A DNA stretch of 64,000 nt, taken from contig NW_003314278.1 of NCBI RefSeq assembly GCF_000143415.4, positions 962,682 through 1,026,681 of the forward strand. The letters are read 5' to 3'. Shown one piece after another: positions 25,401 through 35,649 of this stretch (its first letter is position 1; each line of letters opens with the position of its first letter). The notes under the pieces were generated by a model. The model was not told the origin of the DNA, made no database searches, and worked only from the letters and a program-made list of their open reading frames with translations. This stretch comes from Selaginella moellendorffii (lineage: Eukaryota; Plantae; Lycopodiophyta). The translations under genes and the position numbers were made by a program.

Positions 25401-27220
25401 TGGAATTGGTCCAACACTCGCTGGATCACTAAAGGCACTTCTTCCGTTCTTGTCTTTTTGTCACTCTTCACCGAGAGTAAGCACAAAAAGGCTGCCTTAG
25501 TTCCTTTAGTGAGTTGTCCTCTCGTGGACACCAGGTTCAAGCATGACTCTTTGGCCTTGCTTTGCCCTACCTTTAGATCCTGGGCCTCCACCCTAGATCT
25601 TCTTCCTTGGGCATTCGCCAATACCACAAGGTTCCTACCTTGTCCATGCAGCGCTACCACGAACCGATTAAACCAATCCATTCCGAAGATCACGTCAAAT
25701 CCCGCCATATCCAAGACGGTGAAATCCATGTCCACTTTCCATGTCCCCACTTCGACTCTCGCTTGTCGAAGTACCTCATCGGTGCTTTGGCTACCCTGAA
25801 CAAACTCTATAGTCCTTGGTTCGCCTAGCCGCTGCACCGTTAGTCCGGCTTGCCGGACTATGTCTGCAGCCACAAAATTATCCGAAGCACCCGTGTCAAT
25901 AAGGATCTTAACAAAGCTACCTCCGAGCTTCCCTCGGAGGGCTAGTAGATGTCGTGAACGACTCTCTACCAAAGTTGCTCGTGTAATGAGTAACTTTGAG
26001 TTAGGGACTGGATCACATACCTCAGTTTGGACTTCACCCGACTTGATGGCCATATTGGCTCTGGCCTTCTTCGGGTAGGGACATTCCCTCGAGAAGTGTC
26101 CCGCTTCGCCGCAGTTGTAGCATACGTTGTTTCCCACGCTGCTATACGACTTGACCTTCTTATCCGTGGGTTTGTCCTTTTTCGCTTGACTCCCCCACGT
26201 ACTCGCTCGCTGGCCACCGGATTTGCCTTTCCGGAACCCCGAGGACTCATTCTTAGAGAAACTCCTTTTGAATTTCCCCTTGCTATACGTTCCCCTTGGT
26301 TTGGCCCCTTTGCTAAATGTGGATCCCGACCCCGTCGTGTTCCCCTTTCGCAGGTTATCATTGAAATGCACCTTGATGGCCGCATCCAACGCTTCCTTGT
26401 AGTTGGTCGGGTTCCACCTCATCACCTCGCCGCGAGCCCAGGTTTGCAAACCTGATATGAAGGCATGGAACGCATCCATATCCCCCATGTCCGTGACAAG
26501 TATCCTCTTTGCCATGAACCCATTCACATATTCCTGGATGGTTCCTGTCTGTTTCAGCCTACTCAGTTCATCCCTCAGATGTAGAGTGGCATTCGGAGGA
26601 ACATATGTTGCGCGGATCCTCGCCTTCATCATGTCCCAAGTGACCACCGGTCCTTCGTTGGCCTCCGTTGTTCTCCACCAAGACTTGGCATTATCTGCCA
26701 AGTATGGTTTTGCACATGGGACCTTCTCCGAGCTTGGTAACCGCAACGCTCGGAAGTAGTCCTCCATATCGTAAAACCAATCCTCCACCACCTTATAGTC
26801 ATTCACTCCCTTGAAGACCGGTGGGGGCTTTGGTTTGTACTTGGGAACTGCCTGAGGGACTGATTCCACTTCGGTCTGTTCGACCTTGTCTGGTTTTGCC
26901 TCAGTCCCGGCCGAAAGATCCGCACCTTCTGCGCTGCCAGCATCCGCAGTCTTTTTCTTTTTCTTCCGCCTCTCGTCACGCTTTAGCTTGCGTACGAGAG
27001 TTTCCAGCAGGGCATTGGTCTGTGCCAACTGTCCTTCTAGCACGTCCAATCGAGCCTTGGACGACCGAACCTCGCCACCGGACTCCTGTTTGGAGGTTTC
27101 CTCACTGGAGTCCTCCTCATGCAAAGATTCCTCATCCATAGCCTCTTGTTCGACCGGAGGCTCCAGCTCTGGCGGAGGTTCCAAATCCGCCTGGGTTCGC
27201 TTACGCCCTGCCCTTGCCAT
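22448..27220 (-). CDS. gag-pol: Spliced Gag-PR-RT-RNaseH-IN-chromodomain polyprotein, predicted 1557 aa: join(27220-23347, 23299-22882, 22829-22448)
   Basis: Removing the GT-AG introns at 23300-23346 and 22830-22881 gives one 4674-nt frame, restoring YHPQT-D-GQTER (exact D-35-E spacing) and KLTQ-R-FAGPY. Confidence 0.9.
22830..22881 (-). other. 52-nt phase-2 spliceosomal intron before the GPY/F motif (B1 16960-17011; B3 60874-60925)
   Basis: AAG|GTAAAA...TTAAGCAG|G; AT-rich; the split Arg codon is AG/G in B1 and B2 and synonymous AG/A in B3. Confidence 0.9.
23300..23346 (-). other. 47-nt phase-1 spliceosomal intron in the integrase core (B3 equivalent 61344-61390)
   Basis: CAG|GTATGG...CTAAC...TTGACAG|AC; contains an in-frame stop and shifts frame. 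Confidence 0.9.
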
Positions 27221-28429
27221 CTCCCAGCAATCCGCCTCTATCCTTCGCTAGAACTGAGGAAAAGGCTCCGATACCAAATTGTAAGCCACAAATTTTTCCT
27301 TTCCAATTTGCCAGCTTACCTCGTCTATCCGTCCAACACTGCCTTGGCTTTTGCTAAGTTCCCTTGCCAAGGTTCTCGCCTATGGTACCAGCTCCTACTT
27401 GGTTTCAGCTACTCACTGCACGAGCAACGGAGTATTAGCCATCCTTCCACGGATTCCCAAATCACTCCCAATCCCCCTCCCCGGGTTAGACTGGACTTAA
27501 GGTTCGGCTACACTCCCCGCAAGCACAAGCAGCCAAGCACACCAAGCTTCCAGGTTCCTAACATCCCTTGGTACCACAAGACTTGATCATGGGACCCTCT
27601 AAATCCCAAGTCTTGAGTGCAACACTTGCTTCGGGACGCCGGGGCGAAACACCGTGGCCTAACGGCCCGGTATGGGTACCTCTCGCCCCCCACTTCCATC
27701 CCGAAGGAAGGCCCAAGCCCCTAGGAAGGGCGAGGACCAATGAGCCGCATGGTACTCAAGTGGGGCACCACTCCACATGAGCCGGGAGCACCGCAATCGG
27801 TTTCCCTTTCGGGAGTGGGAGCTGCTCTTGAGCACTTCCTTGGATGGCCCCTCCGGCACCAGCCAAGTCCATGCTCACTCCCACCCAAGGCCCCTTAGTC
27901 CCAGTCCCAACCTCAAGTCGGTTTGGAAGCCCAACTGGAGAGTCCCTTCAAAACTGGTTCCTGGACCTCACTATCCCTACTATACTTTTGGAACCCCCTG
28001 CAGCCCCCCCCTGGGGGACGCACGCTTTGGGCTTTCACCCCTTGACCCGTATTAGTATTTGGACTTAGTCTCTGGCTCGATCTCGGATCCGATTTCGGAT
28101 CCGACTTCGGATTCGGTCTCGGACTCGATCGCGGACTCGATCTCGGACCCGATCTCGGGCCCGACCTCGGACTCGACTTCGGACTCGGTCTCGGACCCGA
28201 TTTCGGATCTCGGACTCCGTCTCGAACTCGGTCTCGAACTCGGACTCGAACTCGGTCCCCGAGTCGGTCTTGGACTCGATTCCGGACTCTATCTCGAACT
28301 CGGTCCTAGAGTCGGTCTTGGACTCGATCTTTGACTTGGTCCCATCCGATGAACTCTTTGTCATTTTGGTCATGCTTTCGGGGTTCCCTTAGCCTACGAC
28401 ACCTCGGCGAGTTGGTTCCTTACAGATCC

Positions 28430-28707
28430 CTCGCTTGCGCTGACCATCTAGTGGAGACCACAATGGCTGTGCCCCCCCCTAGCCTGGACCGAGCTGCTAC
28501 CGCTGTGTTCCACCACGTTTTCCCTCTCATGCCGAAGTTGTAGTCCGGTTCAGCGTCCATCTTGTGTTCCTGGATGCATAGAAAGTCTATCCCGCCTTCC
28601 AGTCCCAACTCCCTTATATGCGACTTAAGTTGGATTTTTTTGTGGAGCCTATTGTCCGTGGAACTGAGGCCTCGGCAGTTCCATATCAAGCACGTTAAGG
28701 TTGTCAT
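28430..28707 (-). pseudogene. LINE ORF2 N-terminus (APE endonuclease)
   Basis: MTTLTCLIWNCRGL...FLCIQEHK...GGGTAIVV. Confidence 0.88.
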
Positions 28708-29334
28708 GGTGCGACATACTTCCAGGAGAACCTGTTGGTGCTCGGCTGCGCCCTCCACTCTGTGGAGATGGTCCACACTGCCATTGGCTTCCCTCGGTGT
28801 CTGGCCCAAGAGAATCCCCGTACCGTGTATTTTGCGAATCCTGTCCACTCTGTTATCGCTCGCTCCATCCGAGTCTGGTAGTCTCTGAGAGCTACTATCT
28901 CTGGGAAAGTCCCATTTCCACGCTGGACCAGCCAATCTCCTGCCTCTGACGTTGCCAGCTCTCTCTTCGGGGGAATCCATCGGATCGCCAAATTCACTAT
29001 TTTGGGGAGTACTGTCTGGAAGCCTTCCCGCTGGTTTCCACTGGGGGACCTTCAAAAAGCCTGCTCTTAGAGCCCGAGCTTGCTACAGGTGGGGCCATCG
29101 GGAACCTGATGTGCAGGGCACAAGCTGGTTCACGTTGTAGTAGCACCTTTTCTTCCTCCACTGGAAGCTCAAATGGCCGTTCCAAGGCCAATTTCTCCGT
29201 CCTCGCTGTGCATGCTGTCTCCTGGTGGCCCATCCTCTGACAGATCCTACATCTTTTCCCTATGGTTTCTGTTTGGACCCTGATGTATTGTCCCAATACA
29301 GCCAACTCCGTTGGGGTCTCTGTTGGAGAGTCTA
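28704..29334 (-). pseudogene. LINE ORF1 C-terminal remnant with CCHC knuckle
   Basis: CRICQRMGHQETAC; frameshifted; 5'-truncated at the TSD. Confidence 0.75.
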
Positions 29335-31105
29335 CATTTTCATGTTTCGAGCCACAATGGAATAATGGTTGTTTCTTCCCTAATTATGAAGTATTGGTGA
29401 ACTAGTCATCACATTGACTATCCCATAGACCATCTTGTTGATCAGAGTTGACTAAGTTGACTGACGGTTTAGGCAAAAAAATCTAAGCCTTAGTGATAGC
29501 ATCAGTCAATGTTGTTGGAAAATCCTTCTTGACCTTCTACTGCACATCCACTAAGCTCAATCCTTTGATGAAACATTGCACCTTAGTAGGTCATTATAGG
29601 CGTCTGTAAAATTAAGGCAAAGATCACAAGACTTACAGGCATACACATCCAAAGACAAAATCCCCTACTGGATCTCTAACAGCTGGTTCATGAGATTGAT
29701 CTCTTCAAACTTACAAATGAAGCTCGAAAAACCTTTGTCAAATCAATCTAAGAAGTTGGCTTCGGATTAGCTTTGATGTAGTTCTTTCACCACGAAGAAG
29801 CATGGCTCGTAAACTTTGTCATAAGAAAATCAATCTTCACTTTATCCTCACAAGGATTGTGAGACCAACAACTTTCCCATAATTCTAACCAAGAATCAAC
29901 TTTCTAGCTATCACAAATATTTGGTGATGATTTCTATTCCACGATACCATAATCTTTGGCATGCTTGACATATCAATGGTAATCACGGACATGAGATTGA
30001 TTCAACCCTTGAGGGTCCATGTGAAGCAAGAAATCCTTAATGAGATTGACAGAATCCTTAACCTCCTTTTTGTCACTTTGAACCTAAAAAATCTAGCATC
30101 CATGCTACACAACGACATCATCAAGAGTTTCTTCCTCATCGTCATGGCCATCATCACTAACGTTATACTCCTCATCAAGATCAATATCTTGCTCACCCAC
30201 CATCCCCAAAAGAACGTGCTGCTCCAATACTAATGAAATGAACAAGAGAGCAAACCCTAGGTCAACCTCCCAAACCTTAACATGTTATGGCCTTAAATCC
30301 CACATGCACAAGAATATTCTTAGAATATTCTTGTGGTTCATGTCAATAATGTAGAGAAGAAAAGAAGAAGAGAAAAAAATGAGAAAAGAATAAAGAAAGA
30401 ACTCAGCCTCAAACCCCAAAGACGTGAGTAAGGATAAACATATGTCACTCTCTCAACTCTACTTTACATAAACAGTCATAGGTAGAAGAAAAAATAATTA
30501 ATTCAATCCAAATGCGTATAACAGTGAGTGGGGGTTATTTTCCAACATATATAAGTGTTGTTTATATACTACATAATTTTATAACTATTCTTAACTGCTT
30601 CACACTTGTCTATGATGAGTGTTGCCTAGGTCGGGTCTTTCTTCTTTGAATGTCTAAACTTAGGCATAAATCCATTTCACCTAAACTTTCTTCTTTTGCT
30701 TTGCCTAGAATGATACACAAAATAAAACATTTACCTCTTCATCACTCCCCTATGACAGATTTACTGTTTATCCTTAGCCAATCAAATTTTCCAAATCTTG
30801 CTCCAAGTTGTTGAGCTTGGTCTTCATAGTGACAAACTCAATGCTTTAGTATAGATTGTTGAGTTCTTGATACATGATCTAATTTTCCTGGTCGAGTATT
30901 GCGATGTCCTGGTCTTGGTGGTTGATGTGCTTTGCATCGGTGGATGTGGAAGCCAAGATTGCACTCTTGAGTTTTTGGATTATATGGCACTAATGATTCT
31001 ACTCATCCATGACTCTATCCACTTTCTTGGTGATTGTTTTGAGGTAGCTCAAGACCTACAGTATTTTGCTCAAGACCCTATTTTGCTAGACCCCCACTCA
31101 CTGGG

Positions 31106-31317
31106 AGTTTTATGGAGGAGCTCACTCAACATATACAGGGAGGAGGCAAGCAGCCAGTTGACTAGCCAATGTAGCTGGTAGAAGACAAAGAAACAGCAAA
31201 ATAGGGTCTTGAGCTGTAGTATTTTGCTGTTTCTTTGTCTTCTACCATCTATATTGGCTAGTCAATTGGCTGCTTGCCTCCTCCCTTTATACGTTGAGTG
31301 AGCTCCTCCATGAAACT
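31106..31317. repeat. Inverted repeat/hairpin with ~98-bp arms and a 16-nt loop
   Basis: 31106-31203 is the reverse complement of 31220-31317, with about 6 mismatches. Confidence 0.92.
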
Positions 31318-31499
31318 TCGGACTGCTGGCTTGCTAGGCTAACTTGTGGCCTTGTGAGCGAAGGTGTACCTAGCCTTGACATTGAAGTGTTGCTCTAGCA
31401 TTTGCTACTGTTGTGGCTGCCTCATCTTGTTAGACTAATTTGCCAAGGGTGTGTCACTATCAGATATATAGGTGGACTAGAGAAGATTTAGCCTATACT

Positions 31500-32240
31500 T
31501 GTTGCAAATGTGATTTTAGGTATCGAAAGTTACTTATCAGCCAGTCCTTACAAACACTCTTTCCTTACTGCCACATGTAAGCAACCAAAGAGAATGACTT
31601 GAGAGATGATTCATGGGGTTCAAATATAGAGGGAAAGAGCCCATAAACAAGAGTGCACCCCCTTTTCCAATCGGTTAAGGGTTTTGGGATACTTGGGGTT
31701 AAGCATCCTTGGGTTTGAATAGTACTGGGCTGGGTGACCTCCCAGGAAGTCGAAACTCAGGAGCTTACACCATGATGGCAGAAGGTTAGTATTGCTGGAT
31801 CCTTAATTAGTCCCTTTTGTTCAAGTGTTAATAAATTGGACTTTGCATCTGTACTTGGCTGGATGAGCATAAGGACGGAATTCTTAAGTATCTATTTGGC
31901 CAAGCATATTTGGCCCAGCTTTTTAGTTCTCTTTTGCTCTATCTTGCATTGGCTTGACAAGAACCCTCACGTATTGAGATTAGTCCCTCAATATCATTGG
32001 ATGATAGTTTACCGTGTCTGCCAAACACCCTTGCTATCATACCTTTTGTGTTAGTCTCATTTCGGTCTCAAATGCTATTTATGGAAAGTGTCGAGATTTG
32101 CTCATTTGGGATATCTACGGAATGTAGAGATTTTCTTGAATACAATGGTGTTCGTTTTGTGTCCAAATTCTCAATTTAAAGACATTCCATAATTAGTAAG
32201 TTTCGAACTTGTCCCAGAGACTAACTCCTCGTACTAAGGG
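31500..32240 (+). mobile_element. Decayed LTR of family F, interrupted by the 5S solo LTR; related copies at 33862-34210 (+) and ~35650-36212 (-)
   Basis: Shared start TGTTGCAAATGTGAT/TGTCATAAATATGAC; the other two copies are preceded by a PPT. Confidence 0.65.
31576..31769 (+). mobile_element. Solo LTR (194 bp) of a Cassandra-like TRIM containing the 5S rRNA internal control region
   Basis: TGTAAGC...GCTTACA; GGTTAAGCATCCTTGGG...GAATAGTACTGGGCTGGGTGACCTCCCAGGAAGTC at 31697-31751; flanks CCACA/CCATG fit a CpG-decayed CCACG TSD. Confidence 0.88.
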
Positions 32241-32249
32241 AGGCTTGGT

Positions 32250-32800
32250 GTGAAAGACCAAAGCATGTGTTCCTTAGGGGGGGGGGGCTGTGGGGGGTTC
32301 CAAATGAATATATATAGTAGGGATAGTGGGTAGGTCGGGTATGGCCGACCAACCTGAGGCATAGTCTAGCTCCTGCTTGCATGCCTATCTTTGTTTTGCG
32401 TCCAGCTTGGGTCTAAGCCCAAGTTCCATTCCATGCTAGCTGGTGAAGTACCCATATCCTTGCGTTAGGCCACCGGTATGCTGAAATGGCACTAGCTCTA
32501 TTTGGCTCCGTTTTGCGTGTTGGTCCTGGCAATGGGATGTTGGTTGCTCTAGGACTGTTCCAAGTCACTCCGGGCTCCTGTCCCTTCGCTCTTTGGCATG
32601 TATGCTTGAGAGTTGCTCTGAGGTGTAGTTCCATTGTTCCTTGGCTCCATGCTTGGGAGTTTTGGCATTGTTCCTTCATTCAGTGGCCCAAGTTCCAAAC
32701 CATTGTCCTATGGATATGTGGCATGTGACACGTGGCATATAACACGTGGCATATAGAGGGTTTAGGTTCCACTTCGTGGTGTTATCCTATGGTAAATCAC
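32250..32800 (+). mobile_element. Decayed LTR fragment related to the A/B LTRs
   Basis: Shares the poly-G-CTG..GGGGGTTCCAAA..TATAGTAGGGATAGTG block with the B LTR (12788-12833). Confidence 0.55.
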
Positions 32801-32829
32801 CATAGGATAAAGGGTCAAAACCATGTTCA

Positions 32830-33402
32830 AGGTTTTAAGGATCCACGGTGACAATATATCCAAATCTCATCCTATAATCACATGTGCTACACTCACCCCC
32901 CCTTCAGAGATGTCAATGTCCTCATTGACTATTGACTAGCAGCCCGTCCTAAGCCAAAGGGAAACAACACTTCCATTTCCACACTGAATCTACCAATCCT
33001 TCCATTGTGTAGATTAGCTATTCCATATGAGGCCACTAGTTATCCACCCGTACCATAGTTCCATGGTGGATACCTTCATCCGTGAATACTCCACATAAGA
33101 GGAAGGACGTACGCATGGATGCCCAATACGTACGATTTCAAATTTAGGGATAAGAATATACTTTGCTCAAGGGTATATTATATTTTTTAGTAGCCACTAA
33201 TCAATGGAAATCGAACCCATGCCATTTGCTCCGATACCACATGTAACATATATTATCTTTCTCCCCTTAAGCCAATTGGAAAAGGGGCAATTGCTTGATG
33301 AGAGAGCCCTTAGTGGTTATTTTATCCCTATTTATACCCCAAGGTTCTAAGGATCCATAGTGATAATATATCCAAATCTCATCCCATGATCACATGCGCT
33401 AC
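32830..33402 (-). mobile_element. Small decayed TRIM
   Basis: Direct repeats ending GCTACA at 32891 and 33402; PBS (rc GCTCCGATACCA) at ~33228-33239; PPT (rc) at ~32892-32902; non-coding interior. Confidence 0.7.
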
Positions 33403-34209
33403 AATACTCTTTTAGTTCACATAAATCCTCTTTTATAGCCTCATCCTCTTCATCCTGTTGATTTTCTTGGCTGTGATCTTCTTGGCTTAAACTCACTTCA
33501 TTGGTTGTTTTACAGCCAATGGTTTTATAGCATCTATAGGAGCATTGTATGTCAGACTTTGTGGTCTAAGTTGTGGAATGTCTTTCACAACTTTATCATC
33601 TATCGTTCACGTAATATTATCCATTTGTGTACTCATCACTTCCTCAATGCTTAGAGAGATTTGTATCGGCATTGGGGTTGTCTCTATAGACGTAGACTAG
33701 TCACAACTCTGTTCTTGATCTAGATGTGGCATTTTATCACCATACTTGTTGCATTTAGCTTTTCTACAGCATACTCAGCCACTGGATTTCTATGGAACAA
33801 ACCCTGGAGGTCTTGCAACTTGGATTTTCATATCTAGATGGAGTTTTTTTTTGAGGGGAGATGTTGCAAATGTGATTGCAGGTATCAAAAGCTATCTATT
33901 AGCTAGTCCTTTTGGATATATTTTTTGTACTACCATGACAGTAGGAGGTCGATATTGCTGGTTCCCTATCAGTCCCTTTTGTTCAAGTGTTAGTAAATTG
34001 GGCTTAGCACCTATACTTAACTAAATGGACATAAGGTAAGAACTCCTATGTGTTTCTAGCTGACCATACTCAGCCTAGCTCTTAGTTCTCTTTTTCTTTG
34101 TCATATATTGGCTTGATAAAAACCTCGTGTATTGAGACTAGTCCCTCAATATTGCTACATGATAGCTTACTTTGTTTGTTAAACACCCTTGCTATTATAC
34201 CCTTTGTTA

Positions 34210-35420
34210 AACAGGGCCTTTTATTTTCCAGCAAAACACCAAAAAATTGGGCATGGTTTCATTGGGCACGAGACCAACAAAGAGCCTTTATCTAGAAGGG
34301 CCTATAATGGAAGTACCTACGAAGAGGGGGGTTGTTCGTGAACTGGCTCCTGAGGGTCTACCCAAATGCATCACCCAGAACCATTTGTCCAGTGGTGCCC
34401 ACATCCATTCTTGAGTACCTGCCTCCCCTTGCTTCCACAAGAAATGCCAGATCTGTGCTTCTTTCTTAGCTTTTTCTGGTCCATTTCACCCTCCTCTCTG
34501 TTCCAGTTGTAGGGCACAAGTTGCTGCTGCAGTAATCATTCTAGTCCACACCCGTGATACCACCACCTTCGGTCCTTCGTGTTTGTCATTAAAAATCCTG
34601 TTACACCTGGCTTTCCACACTTCCCACAATGTAATTACTCACAGTAGGTCCACTACCTCTGAGGGAACTCCTTCTGTGTCTGTTCTCGCCATGTTGAGCT
34701 GGTCAAACCATGGCTTCCCTTCCCATGTTGAGGACCATTTCCAAGAGCTTGTACCATTTCACATTCCTATAGCAGCTTTACCCCATATTGCTGCTTCATA
34801 TGTGAAGCACACTTGTCTTTGGGAGTGTTGTTGCAGCAACCTGCACGTGCTTCTCCACATGTCTTGTGCGCTTTCACATTCCCAAAGTATATGCCTTTGT
34901 GTCTCCCTCGCTCCGCATTTATCACAAGATTGGTTTGGGAGATGTATGTTTCACTTAGATGGTAGCTGATCTTGAATAACCAACCACATAAAATATCTTT
35001 TTTTCGCCACCCATCTTCCTTCCCACAGCCCCTTTAATGTCACCGGCTGGATCATGTCTTGTATGTTAGCTTGTTTCATTTTTAATACTAGTAGCGAGTC
35101 ACTACTTGGCCAAATAAGCCTTCTTCCCAGTCTTGTCTCATATGCAAAGAACTCTTTCTTCTTTTTTCCTTACCAGTTCCATTCTGTTGGATCCTAGACC
35201 AGCTCGCTCAATTTTTGTTTCCTAAACCAATACAGCCTGGATACGAAACCTTTTGTTATTGTCAGGTCCATCGATGCTGTTTTCTTATCCATCCTTATTA
35301 CCCTTATCGGCTTTGCTCTTGACATATCCGGTCGTATGCTTTCCTTGGGCACTTTGTATGGTAGCAGGCGACCGGCCACCCCAACATCGAAAGTAATGCA
35401 TCTGGGATAAAGATCCCTTA
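34210..35420 (-). pseudogene. Decayed L1-like LINE 3' fragment
   Basis: CDKCGARETQRHILWEC at ~34875-34926 and LWEVWKARCNRIF at ~34590-34630. Confidence 0.75.
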
Positions 35421-35649
35421 ACATTCAAGTTCTGGGAAGATAGCCACACCTGATCTCCCACTTGATAGGATACATCCCGATAATGCTGATCCTTATCATG
35501 TCGATACCTATCTTGAGCTTTGCCCATCACCTTAGTAGCTCTAGACCAACTTTGGTGTAGCTGCTCCACATAAGTCTCAACAGCCGGGACCAACACTGAC
35601 ATTGGTTTCAGTACAACAATCTGTTGAGGCAACCCACGAGCATTCTCTT

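Larger units (their letters stand above)
20895..28424 (-). mobile_element. Ty3/gypsy chromovirus family B, full-length copy B2
   Basis: LTRs 27280-28424 (5') and 20895-22043 (3') nearly identical (one visible substitution plus poly-C length); TSD GATCC; PBS and PPT intact. Confidence 0.97.
2290..29334 (-). mobile_element. 5'-truncated L1/Tx1-like LINE (~5.25 kb after removing three nested LTR elements)
   Basis: 16-bp TSD CATTTTCATGTTTCGA at 2274-2289 and 29335-29350. ORF1 Zn knuckle CRICQRMGHQETAC (~29200-29250); APE endonuclease (WNCRG, CIQEHK, NVYAP, IGDFN); RT (WRPITML, QGCPLAP, AFADD, RYLG); C-terminal CPECGELETVTHLLWDC. Confidence 0.93.
1..30345 (-). mobile_element. Old degenerate Ty3/gypsy LTR retrotransposon (family C) with short LTRs; outermost layer of the nest
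   Basis: Diverged ~112-bp direct repeats at <1-96 and ~30234-30345, both ending TGTCA on +. PPT (rc GGGAGGGGAGAA) at 97-108; decayed PBS at ~30221-30232. Minus-strand fragments of gag (29350-30200), Zn knuckle (CFRYHRAGHQSKDC ~2170-2215), RNase H (1850-2150) and integrase (HDVPSAG..CLTC, EHPQLDG, 500-1810). Many stops; PR/RT appear deleted. Confidence 0.85.

Noticed and set aside
31697-31751. 5S rRNA gene
   Set aside because: Only the ~55-nt internal control region, embedded in an LTR; the 5' part and terminator are absent.
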